Below, piece after piece: positions 1 through 12,186 of a stretch of 64,000 bases of DNA. Position 1 is the stretch's first letter; the number at the start of each line of letters is the position of its first letter. The stretch spans positions 110,362,001 to 110,426,000 of the forward strand of contig NC_087436.1 in the NCBI RefSeq assembly GCF_036321535.1, written 5' to 3'. This DNA comes from Camelus dromedarius. Taxonomy: Eukaryota. The position numbers were made by a program, and so were the translations under genes. The notes beneath the pieces were generated by a model, which did no database searches, was not told the origin of the DNA, and saw only the letters and a list, made by a program, of their open reading frames with translations.

Positions 1-204
1 TCTAATACATACAAAGAAGGAATGATTTTTAATTATATCATAAATATATAGAACAATTTGGGCACATCCTTAGAAAACAGAGGAAATAGTGAGAGCAAAT
101 AAACCTTTTCTATATACCAGAATAGAAACTAACATAATGGCTGTGGTCATGTGTGGAAAAGATAAAATCATTTGAGGAATCATAGAAAAAGGGTAAAACA
201 TATT

Positions 205-425
205 TGAATTGCAGTTTGCCAGCCATGGCTTCAAATCCCATGTCTGTCTGCCATTTTCATGCTCTGAGACACTGGAAAAGATACTTAACCTCTCTGTTAA
301 ACATCTGTCTTAGCTTCTGCATCTTTAAATGGAGGTAGCAAACATTTAACAGTCAGATTGTTGATGGTATTATAGCCTGTCATTTTAGCATAGTGCCAGG
401 CACGTATTAGGCACACAATCAACAT
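205..425 (+). mobile_element. MIR SINE (degraded)
   Basis: ggcttcaaatccca...tacttaacctctctg...catctttaaatggag...tagcatagtgccaggcacgtattagg resembles the MIR core and 3' end. Confidence 0.75.
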
Positions 426-1763
426 AACTATTGTACATTAATATAATGCAATAAGATAGTGCCTTTAGATGATTTGTAGATTACATTTAATTGAATTGAT
501 TTAAAAAAATCTAATTCAAGCTACATTACGTGAGTAATGAAATATGTTTAAAAGAGATTGAGAATCGGAAAGCACAATTATATGTCTAAAATACCCTTTA
601 ATTCCAAGCTGGTATGCTTATCAGTAAAATTCCTGGGTGTTCAGGAAAAAGAGAGCCCTTGATATGCTGCTACAATAAGACACATGAGCAGATTGCACTG
701 TACAGGTTAGAGGCACCCTTAGGAGAGATGACAGGTCTGCAAAAACACTCATGCACATTCTTCCTTACAGTGTCAACCAACAATAACCTAATACCAAGTG
801 GAATATCCACCTCATCAAGCAGTTGTCTTTGTTACTCAGCTCCAAACAAGTGGGTCTGATGGATGTTTACCATTGAATTGGCCACCTGCCGTGACGCCCT
901 TGTGTCATGGGGACTCCAATTTGAAGCAGTCTTCCATTCCGTGCCTCTGCAATTTTATATCCTAGGTTATAACCTAAAGGACAGGTACAACCTCTTATTC
1001 TGAGACAAGAACAAGGCAAACTAACCAGGGATAGGGGCAAAATGTAAGGCATCCAGGTTCTAGAAGAGCATGGACATAATAAGGACCATAATTTGAGGGT
1101 GTTATAAAAATACAGGGAAAAGGGGAATGTAAAGCACTTAGAAGTTTTCAGAATATGTTGCCTAATGTTTTATAGATAAGTTTTGTAACCATAGTATCCT
1201 TTTTACACTAAGATAAGCATATTATTATTTTTGATATATCTCATACAAGTTATGGTCAAATTGCCCAAGGAGTGAGAATAATGATTATGATCAAAGGTAA
1301 GAGATAGAGAATATTGGGAACAACTAGACAAAGAGACCCAAGAAGGGGGATTAAGACAGTGACAGTAAATCTTGATAGAGTATTACCAGGAATTTACCTT
1401 ATACATGTTAGCCAAGGAGTAGAAAGGCAGGTGGGTTATGACAAAGGACCAAAAGTGGGACAAATACGGTTTCTAAAGCCCATTTCTGCATCCCTGCTCC
1501 TCATTTCAACTTTCAACTACCTGTGTCCCTACAAGACCTTTCCTACCTGCAAATGGGGTATTGTCTTTTCCTAGGCCACTTTACCATCTCCATTAAAAGG
1601 CTTTGTCCCATCCCCCAAACTCCCAAAATCCTGCTTTGTGATTTCAAAAATGATAGCTAATAAATATGCCAAAACTGTCCATGTTAAGGAGCATTTAAAG
1701 TCTTTGGCATCCTTCTTCACTCAGGATATAGATTTGTTTTTTCTTAGTGTCTTGGAGGGGGTC

Positions 1764-2238
1764 TCTTATGGACTGAATTGTGCCCTCTCAAAATTCATGT
1801 GTTGAAGCCGTAACTCCTCAGCGGGACTGTTTTTGAAGATAGAACATTTAGCCTTTAGTTAAGGTTAGTGAGATCCTAAGGGTAAGAACTGAAGTGATAG
1901 GACTAGTGTCCTTGCAAGAAGAGGGGAGAGACATGAGAGAACTCTTCCTTGTCCTCTCTCTCCTTCTCTCTCTCACTCTCACTCTTGCTCTCACTGTCTC
2001 TCTCCACTTCCTGTGCACACAAGAGGAAAAGCCGTCATGAGACATGATAAGAAGGCGATCATGTGCAATCCAAGGACAGAGAGATCTCACCAGACACCGA
2101 TCTTGCCAACACTTGATAATGGACTTCCAGCCTCCAGGATGCTGAAAAATAAATTTCTATGTTTCAATAAATATATTGAAAAATATATTTCTAAGACAGT
2201 CTGGTTTTCCATCATGTCAGCCTGAAAAGGCAAATACA
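1764..2238 (+). mobile_element. MaLR solo LTR, MLT1A/MLT1A0-like
   Basis: Starts ttatggactgaattgtgccc...aaaattcatgtgttgaagcc; contains ggacttccagcctccag and aaataaatttct; ends aaataca. Confidence 0.9.
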
Positions 2239-3855
2239 CAGCCTTACTCAAAGGACTTGATAAAATAGTGGGAATTTCACTTCATCCTCAAAGACAGGAT
2301 AAATACACCAAACAAAAATGTGGATTTTATAAACTACTAACATCAATCTACATACAGTCTAACTCCATTTTCCCATCACAGCTTGTTTGGCTTAATTCTG
2401 CACACTAGAAAATTAATGTATTACAGGGCTCACTGAGTGTATATTTCTCAGATATTGACTGATTAATGAGGAGCGAAAATTTTCCAAAGGCTACTTAGCC
2501 TACGATTCTGAATTTATCAATCTTTGGTAAGTAGGGACATTGGAGGACAGGAAGGAATCTTAGAAGTGGCAACTGTAACGTGAGATGCTGGATCATATCA
2601 TTTTTTTGGTCATTGTTATGAACCAATTTATTCCACCAAAGAATTCATCTGAGATTCTCTTTTTAACTTTGATGCTCAAGGTATAGGAACATCTGTTCTC
2701 AAATTCTAGATTCTCAGTGTGAAGTACTTGTTGCTTTCTGCCAAAATCTCCCCACTTCCCTCCAAAGTTACCTATCTAGTAACAATCCTCTAGGCAACAT
2801 ATTAAGAGATTGGTAGAGTAAAGGAAGAGTGAAAAACAGTGAAATCTAATTGAGTTTTTCTAATCTAACAAAAAAAAAAGTCAACGAATTTTAAAAGGTA
2901 AGAACTCCAAATAAAATTAGACAGCTGACTGAAAACTTTTAATGCCTGCAAGAAATACTGAAGATTGCCCAATAACTCAGGTTGCTTAGAAATTTCTCCC
3001 CATGAATGAGGGGGAGTACGGGGCAGTGATTATGTACTGCTGAATGTATCACCTTTATGCATGGATATATTTCCTAGTATTCATGTTGTCACTGGCCCTA
3101 AGGAATTTTTTTTCTCTCCCTTTTCTCATCATTTTCCTAGCTAGAAAGCTCAAAAATCACTGTGTAAGCAATCCTTCCAAGCATATATTTATTTATCCGG
3201 AGCAATTTTTAAACAATTTCATGGCTCGTGGACATCTGACCTCAAGATTTTGGCAAATTGATAGGTCTTGTCCAATCTTTTAGCTTCTACATTTTTTATT
3301 ATCTTGTCATCCCCGTATTTTCAGGGTTGAATTTGTTTTGCCTGTGAATTTATATTACTGGTGTTCTCAGGTTGTTTCCTCAAACTAAAAATTCAACCGA
3401 AAGCTGGTAGTTAAAAAGAATGGAGATTTCAACTACCTAGGACATACAGGAGAATCTTTGAGACCTGTGTAATCAAGTAATTGGAAACAAATCATGCTTT
3501 CCCTGCTCCCCCTCTCCCTCCAAGGGCTTAACTCTAGCTACTACTTTCAATGATTTAATTTTCTTCCGTTATGTCAGCTCCCACAAGATTGCCGGCAAAA
3601 CACAGCCTTGCCAATGGCACATGAACACTGCAGCTGCCTGTTTTCTGGTGGGTTGCAAAACAATATCAAGTAGCTATTTTTCCTTCTCTTTTGTAGCTGA
3701 AAACCTAGTAGTGCTGCCCTGATTATAATCGTCCTTCTTCTTTGATCTGCACATTTAAGTGACTTTTGACAAGTAATTTCCTCTCTGAATTTCAACCATC
3801 TTATCCTTTGAATGTGGACAAGATCACCCTTAGAGAATTGTTGCAATGGTGTGCA

Positions 3856-4170
3856 TGTGATACAGATTGCAAATTATTCCCTAGTAGCCATTCTTCCTTT
3901 CTTAATAATTAAACATCTGAATTTCAGTGGAGCACATAGCCTCCCGGTTAAAGACCATATATATCCCAGAAACTCTTGCACTAGTTAAAACCCCTTGACT
4001 AAATTCTGCCAGGTGAGTTGTGATGGGAGTGGCGTGTTAAACTCCTAGTTAGTGTCCTTTTCTCTGTCCTCTTTCTTCCTTCCCTGGGGCTGGGATGTGT
4101 ACATTGGGGTGGTGAACCAACTTTGTCAAGCGAACAAGGAAACACCCCAGGGAGTGACTAGGACTCAAAA
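3856..4170 (+). mobile_element. Old MaLR LTR fragment (MLT1H/I/J-like)
   Basis: tagccattcttcc...aagaccatat..tcccagaaactcttgca...tgactaaattctgcca...ttcttccttcc..gctgggatgtg motif order. Confidence 0.6.
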
Positions 4171-4390
4171 TAGGTTAAGTTACTTTTCCACTATCACTAT
4201 CAAATTTAAAAAGAAATTTTTAAATTAAATGCACACACACACATACATACTTCTCCAACAGAAAATATTTTAAGTGTATATTGTTGGGATGATAATTAGA
4301 GAGGTGTATTGCAAAGGACATGTTGAAAAGAAGGACCTCCCCTTGTTCAAAGTAAATAATACAAAAATACACAGTAAATGTATTTCCTGT

Positions 4391-4885
4391 TGTGATGGTT
4401 AATTTTACGTGTCAACTTGACTGGCCATGGGGGCACCCAAATGTGACCTTATTTTCAGGTGCGTCTGTGAGGATGTTTCTGGATGAGATCAGCATTTACG
4501 TCATAGATTGCCTTCCCCAATATGGTGAGCATTATCCAATCTTTGAGGACCAGAATAGAACAAAAAATGAAGGAGGAAGAAATTTGCCTCTATTTTCTTC
4601 TACCTCACTAGTTGAGCGGGGTCATCTCATCTCATTGCCTCTGGCCCTCAGACTAGGATTTATACCATCAACTCCTCTCATTCTCAAGTCTTCTAATTTG
4701 AACTGAAATATACCATCTGCTTTCCTGGGTCTATAGCTTGCAGAGGGCAGACTGTGAAAATTCTCAACCATAATCATGTGAGTCAATTCCTCACAACAAA
4801 TCTTTTATATCTATATTCATATGATAGAGACATAGATATACAGATCCTATCAGTTCTGTTTCTCTGAAGAACTCTGACTAATATG
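4391..4885 (+). mobile_element. ERVL solo LTR, MLT2B-like
   Basis: 5' tgtgatggttaattttacgtgtcaacttgactgg; 3' cctatcagttctgtttctctgaagaactctgactaata; degenerate 5-bp flanks cctgt/gctgc. Confidence 0.92.
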
Positions 4886-4949
4886 GCTGCAAACGTGAAA
4901 ATTTCATGAAAGGACTAGTCAAATAGAAAAGCTATTTAATCATGTATTT

Positions 4950-5215
4950 CAATGCCTGAAATTCCCTTGCTTTGATCTGGTTCGTCTTTAGGTATCAATT
5001 CAAATATGATTTTCTCTCTGAATTCTTCCCTGCTTCTCTTAGACTTCTGCTGTACCATATTTTCACAAAATGGATTGTAATACTTACCGTATCTTATTAC
5101 GTATCTTGGCATTTCTCAGTCTCCTCAAAGTCAAAAACAGCTTGACTTTCCTACCCCTTAGCTCAGGCCATAACTAGCTTATAGTAGGTGTTCAATAAAT
5201 ATTTTAAATAAACAA
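4950..5215 (+). mobile_element. L2 LINE 3' end fragment
   Basis: Ends atagtaggtgttcaataaatatt, the typical L2 3' terminus. Confidence 0.65.
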
Positions 5216-5219
5216 CTAA

Positions 5220-5420
5220 TAACAGTAATACTTTAGTCTTTACAATGTGCCAACCGCAGTGCTATTTGTATCACTTGACACCACGTGGTAAGGACTGTTA
5301 TTAGCCTAAATGCACGGATGAAAAGCTGAGGTTTAAATAACTTGCCCAAGAATACACAGCCAGTAGGAATCAAAGAAGGTTAGATCTAAGGTTCAGCAAC
5401 CACAACTTTATATCCCTTCT
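5220..5420 (-). mobile_element. MIR SINE
   Basis: ggatgaaaagctgaggtttaaataacttgcccaagaatacacagccagt matches the reverse MIR core. Confidence 0.7.
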
Positions 5421-5597
5421 CAGTTGACTAAGAACATGAACCAATTAGAACTGTCGATCACCTACTCTGGGGCTCTTATTGTGATAGGCATGGAAGGTAA
5501 TAAAATAATTACAAAAAATCATTACTTCTGGCCCTCGAAAACAAACATTCTATTTAAAGGGAGGCAAAAAGTACACACTTGAATGCTCAATTGTGTG

Positions 5598-5599
<2 letters not shown>

Positions 5600-5632
<33 letters not shown>
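5600..5632. repeat. (TG)16 microsatellite
   Basis: Read directly from the sequence. Confidence 0.98.
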
Positions 5633-5635
<3 letters not shown>

Positions 5636-5879
5636 GCAGGGAAGGGGGGATGGAGGCAGAAGATGATCAAAAACCAAATAAATATCCCTCAAACAGTCTC
5701 CCTACCAATTTTATCTAAATTAAATGAAGGCAGATGATACAGTTCAAGAACCTGCCATCTGATGGCGGTGTAAGACCTCTTTAACCTCCTTAAGCATATT
5801 TATTTCTACCTTCACTGGAATGATGAACTACCTATTCATAAAAATAGTCTCGTAAAGAAAAAGCAGAGTCTATAAGCTG

Positions 5880-6140
5880 GAATTAGCATAGATTTCCAAA
5901 GAAACAGATCATGCCAACAAGCATGATTCTTTTTGTCGTACCATTTGAAGATAAGTTGATTAAAGAAGGATTGCAGAAGGATTGGGTTATATTTGATTTA
6001 TTCAGGCCCAAGTCAGTGTCTCAGAAAAACTAGCTCTTATATTAGGCAAAATTGCTAGAGGTGTTGGATGAGCACTGTCAAATAGATTGCATACTAACTG
6101 AAAGGTCATAAAACAAAGAGTAATCACAAATTGCCTGGCA
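5880..6140 (+). mobile_element. CR1/L3 LINE reverse-transcriptase fragment (ancient, degraded)
   Basis: agcatagatttccaaagaaacagatcatgccaa...atatttgattt...ttggatgagcactgtcaaatagatt...ctgaaaggtcataaaacaaagagtaatcacaaattgc follows the CR1 ORF2 block QHGF.K.RSCQ...YLDF...GLD..TV.WI..WL...QRV.ING. Confidence 0.7.
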
Positions 6141-6459
6141 TTTAGATGAAAATGCCCTGGCTCCAAGAGTTTATGAAACAGACATAACCCAAAAGTGATG
6201 ACCGTGCCAGATATTTCTATAAACCTAAATACAGAACATCATAACTCTCCTGTAAATGGGAGGACTGAAATGTCATATAAAACAATGTAGTAAGTATACA
6301 CAGGGGCTATCCTTCACCTAGCTAGTATTTGTTCTGTTGTTTTTTTTATTTTAAATATATCTATACATAACTGCATGTATTATCATTTCCATGATTTATT
6401 CAACAAATGTGTTGCGTTCACTCTGTGGAAGGCATTAGCCATATGTAGAAAGAAAGGAG

Positions 6460-6950
6460 CTTGCATTTGGTTCGTGCCTAGTATGTGTCATGCTTTGAGC
6501 GAGTTGCTATCCATGATTTCTCTTATACAAAGAAGATAGTGTAGTTTGTGCCTCAGAGCCAGGTCTCACGAGTCAGCTGTTTGCTGTTGGCCAGTTCATA
6601 TAACTTCTCAACTTCCTGACAGGGTTGCTGTAAGGACTAAATATGTTAATATATGTGAGGTGTTTACATTATCATTACCTCAGTCTCACAACAACTCTAA
6701 GAGGTAGGTAGCAAAAAGAGCATGTGCCTTTGCATCCGTGAGACCTGAAGGCATATCTCGTTCTGCTAGCTTCTGTTTTGGAACCTACAGCTACTTTGTC
6801 CAACTTTTTGCACTTCAGTTCCTTTGTAATTAAACCAAGAACTGTACCTATCTCTTAAGATGGTTTTAAGGATGAAAGGTAATGAACTCAATTTTCCTAT
6901 CATCATTCCTGGCAAAATAAAAATTCTCATCGAATGGAAGCTGTAATTGT
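6460..6950. mobile_element. Cluster of MIR fragments in both orientations
   Basis: acagggttgctgtaaggactaaatatgttaat (+), tctcacaacaactctaagaggtaggta (-), cacttcagttcctttgtaat...tacctatctc (+). Confidence 0.6.
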
Positions 6951-7582
6951 TAAGAAAATTACATTGCCCTCGAAGCTCCCTGCTTCGATTTCAAATTCCA
7001 GTGGTTGCTCAGAAGCTATTTATATTTTTTAATAAAAAATTCTGATTGTATATTCATAATCTTCCATGATTAAAAGCATATACATCCATAATCCCACAGC
7101 CCAACAAACTTATATCCCTAAACCCTGAGCAAGTTTTCCTTCTATATTACCTTTTATGCTGCCCTATTTATTGGAAACATACCAGATGTTTGAAGGGTTG
7201 AGAGGTCAGTTAAACTACCGTTCAATGTCAGACATGGTAAATTACTCATCCTACACAAACATGTTCTTAACATTTAGAAGCATTTTGCATAGCTGTCACT
7301 TGCTTCAAACCCGAAGATAAAAGTATTTGAGATACTACAGTTTTGATTTATGACTTGTATTAAATTAATTTAGAAATAATACCTATTTTCACACTTGAAA
7401 ATGTTAGCTTGTTTTGGTTGAGGTTTATAATTCATTTTAAAGATCATTCTATTCTATATAAATCCCATCTGTCTTCAATTAAAAGCACGTAACATTTACT
7501 GAAGACCTACTGTGTGCTGGCTGTCTATTGCCAAATATAGGCAAGTTAGAGACTGCTGTTATTAAAGCAGAGCCTTACATAT

Positions 7583-7652
7583 TATTTTTCATTGAAGTAT
7601 AGTCATTTACAATATTATGTTAATTCCTGGTATACAGCATAGCGATTCACTT
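7583..7652 (-). mobile_element. Young L1 extreme 3' end (cetartiodactyl/camelid type)
   Basis: tttcattgaagtatagtcatttacaatattatgttaattcctggtatacagcatagcgattca; same type as 39025-39100. Confidence 0.75.
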
Positions 7653-7654
7653 GT

Positions 7655-7720
7655 AGAGAGAGAGAGAGAGAGCAATATACGTATCCTGTTGTTCTGTTTC
7701 TCTGAAGAACTCTAGTATAC
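7655..7720 (+). mobile_element. (GA)n followed by an isolated MLT2 LTR 3' terminus
   Basis: tatcctgttgttctgtttctctgaagaactct is nearly identical to the MLT2 end at 4844-4875. Confidence 0.65.
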
Positions 7721-8909
7721 CCAATATCAAAACAAATAAGCCAAAGAGTCATAATTTAAACCCAGCTTCCCTACAGAGACAGAACTGGTGGAAAGACTAC
7801 CATTTTAGGAATCCAGAAACCCCAAGACTACAATTCAAAAAAAAAAAAAAACTATGAATTAATTTAAAATATTAAAAGAACTTAGAAAAGTAACTGGCAA
7901 CTAATAAGCACTATATACATGTTAGCTATGTTGAAATTATTTAAGATAATATATTTGTGCCTACATATTTATTTGTATAGAAGACACAGATTCAACATCT
8001 TTGATTTAAAATTATTGTTAGGATCTTCAAATTCAAAACGGTTCACCACATAATGAGAAAGACTGATCAGAGAAATTGTAAAACAAAATGGTAATTATGA
8101 TAATAAGGATGCAAACAAAGACTAAGGAGGGGCACGTGAGACAACCACGGGTAGAGGGACGGCCATAGTCAGAGAAGATTTCAGGAAAACCTACCAGAGC
8201 ACCTGACGCAATCTAAGGAACTAATAAATGACAAACAGTAGTAAGTGTCATTGCTGTTTTACTTGCTTTCTGGACTTTTAAGCAGACTGCACTTCCACTT
8301 AAATCTGGCCAAATTCCCGTCACTCACTCTTATGCCAGGCCAGCAAAATTTGCCCTCCACTGGTATTCTTTATAAGCACTTAAGATACTGACGGGACAGA
8401 GAAGGGAGAAAAAGGGCAGGAGGAAATAGTGAAGAAAAGGCAGGGTAATGATTCTGTCAGAGTGTTCCCTAGAAGCATGTTGTTTAATTTAGAGTTCTTT
8501 TGGCTACAAGGAGTAAAAGCTTCTATCAATAACTTAAATATTAAAAGGGAACAGTGGTGTTGAGATTTCTTATGGGAAACAGAAATTTCTTAGACTCCAA
8601 AGACTGAAGTAAAGGTATGTCCAGACTTTAAGAAGGGAAAAAAAAATAAAAAATATATAAAAGCACAGAAATTTAACAACTGAGGCCACTCTCCTCACCT
8701 CTTTAGGGCCACACGGTGTCTTTTGTGTTAGCTAGTTGGTTCATTCCTCTCCCCAGTAGCTGTCTGTGCTTACTTTATTGCCTTGTTAGAGACAATACAT
8801 GACCAACAACTGCAACTCTATTTACGGAACTCTCAGTCTTAGGGCCAGCCATTTAATGATTATTGTCTCCATATTTCCAAACTAAATTTTTCCAGGGAAA
8901 AACCTCTAC

Positions 8910-10570
8910 ATTCCTAGTAATATGCAGGGTGCTGGTGATAAAATTGCATAACAAGAGAGGGTCTCTGCTCACAAAGAACTCAATGCTTATTGGGTAAGAG
9001 CACCCAATGAATTATTAATTCATAATTTTTTTCTTTAGACAAGTATTTACTGAGTATCCATTATGAACTAATGCGGAAGATACCACCATGAACAGAAACA
9101 AACATAGCTTCTGTTCTTAAGGAACTGCTAAAGTTTACTGTTCAGATGTGGGTCAGACTTTAATTAAGTAATCACACAAACATGAATAGAGATTAGAATA
9201 TATAATGGAGAAGTTCATAGCACTCTAATAGCTTCTAACACACTTGACCTTGTCAAGGAAGTCATTGAAAAGTCAATTTCATTGAACATGGGACAATTGA
9301 GCTGAAATATGGATGCACAGGAGGAAACTAATAAGAAGAGGAAGGAAGGACATTTCACGTAGAAGGAAAAATGTTTGCAAAATCCCGGTAGCAGGAGAAA
9401 GGGGTTCAGCTAAAGAAATATGAGAAAGCCACTGCAGATGATCCACAAAGTATAATCATGTGAGAAATGAAGTTACAGTCCAGCTAGAATTTGCTTCACT
9501 GTACTTTGTAGGACAGGTAGCATGAGAAGACATTTAAAGTTTTTAAGATGTAAGTCAACAATATACCATCCAGTTTATATTTTTAAAACATAATTCTAGC
9601 TACAGTGCTGAGAAGGGATTCAAAGGGATTGAAGGTGTAATTTTTAAACATGATGTGTCAACTTGGCTAGGATGTGGTATCCAGTTATTCGGTCAAACAT
9701 TAGGGTAGATGCTGCTGTGAAGTACGATTTTGTAGTGTGATTAACATCCACAATCAGGTGACTTTAAATAAAGGAAATTACCCTCCACCATGTAGAGTCT
9801 CATCTAATCAACTGAAACCTTAAGAGGCAAAACTAAGGTTTTCAAGAGGAAAAGGAATTCTATCTCAAGACTGTAACACAGAAATACTGCCTGAGTTTCT
9901 AGCACGATGGCCTGTCCTACAAATTTCAACTCAAGACTGCAACACCAACTCCACTTGAGTTTCCAGCCTGCTGCCAACTGGCCTTGCCTATAGATTTCAG
10001 ACGCACCAGCCCCCACAATTGTGTAAGTCAATTCCTTAAAAATACAGATACAGATAGAAATATACAATTCTCTGGAGAATCCTGACCACCTGGCTGATAC
10101 AGGGGACAAAAATAATTCTGTAATTGAACCAGCAAGGGTTTATTATAATTTGGAATCGTTTCTGGTGATAGATATAGAGGAATGTTGCCAAATTCCGGAG
10201 AAGTTTAGAAAGTAAAATCAACAGAATTTAGTGATGGATTGGATGTGAAGGGAGCTTAGAAATGAGTGGGTTAAGTAAAAACATGGAATTTCTGGTTAAG
10301 CCTAATTGAATGATAGTGATACTCATCAAAATGAGTTATGCTTGATTCCAAAGATTCTTCTAAGACTTTCTAGAGAAGAAATGTGGACAATAGGCTATAT
10401 CACTCTGGAACTCAGAGGAAAAGTTTGAGCTGGTGATACAGTTTGTCACTGAATACAGCCAATGACTAAAAGCACTGATGTATAAGAGACAGAGAACAGA
10501 GAGGGAGAAGAGAAGGGAGCCCAGGATCAAACTGAGAAACTTTTCAACAGTTAGAGAGACCACAGGTTCT
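8910..10570 (-). mobile_element. L2 LINE remnant interrupted by an MLT2D-like LTR
   Basis: caagtatttactgagtatcc...; tttagtgatggattggatgtgaaggga...; ctggaactcagaggaaaagtttgagctggtgataca are L2 antisense motifs. Confidence 0.75.
9636..10101 (+). mobile_element. ERVL solo LTR, MLT2D-like
   Basis: tgtgtcaacttggctagg...ccagttattcggtcaaacattagg...ccccacaattgtgtaagtcaattcctt...ctctggagaatcctgac...gataca; TG...CA ends. Confidence 0.9.
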
Positions 10571-12150
10571 GTGCTCATCCCAGTCCAAAAAGTGCACACA
10601 ACAAAAACTCAGGCCTCCTTTCAAGATTCCATGCCAAGGTCAGGGCAGTTTTAGCTAAAAGGGAGAAAGAACTGAGCTTTTTAGCAAACTTGCTGTGATT
10701 AACCAACTTTCTTGAGTTTTCAGTAGGTTGTTCTCCCCAGAGATACTTCACAGGTAAAAGTAAACTCAATAATGCCCCCTTCCTTGAAGCCCTTACTGAT
10801 CACTCTTCTCTTACTTAGATGTTCATCCTTTGGGCATGTGTCTCTGACAGGACAGTTGAGGATTTCCTATCTATCTGTCCCAGCAGATTTTTTGAACCAT
10901 AAGGAAAGTAACTATCACATTTTTCTAAGTATCCCCACTATTCATCTGTCATTTACTGGACACTTAAGAATCGTCATGAAATAAGTAAGTACATGAAATC
11001 TTAGAAGTGTATTATTTAATTTACCATAGCTATTATCACGAGTTCCATCAAAGTACAAATATTTTGGCAGGCCTTAAAATCCCATTTCCAAGCCATCTTT
11101 ATAAAAAGCACTTTAGACGAACTATGAAGGGCCATAAACCTACATTCAACCTACGTATTTTTCTTCCATAATGTGTTTCTACTAATGATAACATTTTAAT
11201 CAGTTCTTTATGGGTACTTCCAAGAAATGCCATTTGCTCCTGATCTCAGCAATCCACCTCTTATGCAGTAGGAGACTTCCTGTGAAGGCTTGGGTGCATC
11301 AGAAAGCCAGAATCCTGGAGTCTGGCAGTGATAACAGAAAAGACAGTATACTTTAAGTATTGTGTCAACTTATCATCATCCAAGAAGAGAAGGTAATTTG
11401 AAGGCTTTCATTCCGTTCATGGCCACTGAGGTCAGCGTTAAACATTTTATAGAACTGCCCCCAAAGTGACCTCCTCTAACAACTTTTCCTAAATCTGTCA
11501 GGTTCTATGTGTTCAAAGTAAGAATTGTGCATTCTATATCTCTACTCAAGGTTATTGAAAATCCTCTTTTGAAAGTGCATCAATGGCTTTAAAAATACAC
11601 ATGGAGAGAAAACTGAAACATGCATTTTCTAAGAAAAACAAAATTAAAGAGTTCCTTCCTTGTCTTTTTTTTTTTTTTTTTCCAAGACAGAATCAGCTTT
11701 GATGTGATGGGTGCACTGAACATGTCATGCAGAATGTTATCAAAAGAAGTAGTTTGAAGCCGTTCCTGGGGGACGATTTTGATGTCCGACTGTCCTTGTC
11801 TTACATGAAAGTATTTGGTTTAAACAAAAATTTACTTTGACCCAGAAATGACAAATACACACAATTAATGTAAAAACAACAAATCCAGCCCTTGGAATAA
11901 GGGACTTTGAACTCTTTGATTAAAGTTAGTTCCAACAACCTGACCATATACTGCTTTTTTAAAGAAACCCCAATTTGTAAACTGGGAATAAAATTGTTTT
12001 CACTAAGTCCTCTGAGAAAATGTCAAGACTGGAAGTTGAAGCTCAAGTATTCTTTTCAGCCCTGGAAGACCACTAAAATCCACTGCTTCAGCAAAGATTA
12101 ATGTCTTTATCACTTAACTAAAAAATATAAGCAATTAATTAAATCAATCT

Positions 12151-12186
12151 TTCTCTCTCTGTCTCACTCTCTCTCTCCTCTCTCTT
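12151..12186. repeat. Imperfect (CT)n tract
   Basis: Read directly from the sequence. Confidence 0.8.

Noticed and set aside
8470..8900. Possible old MaLR LTR (also 56630-57100)
   Set aside because: Only scattered motif similarity; too weak to list as a feature without a Dfam search.
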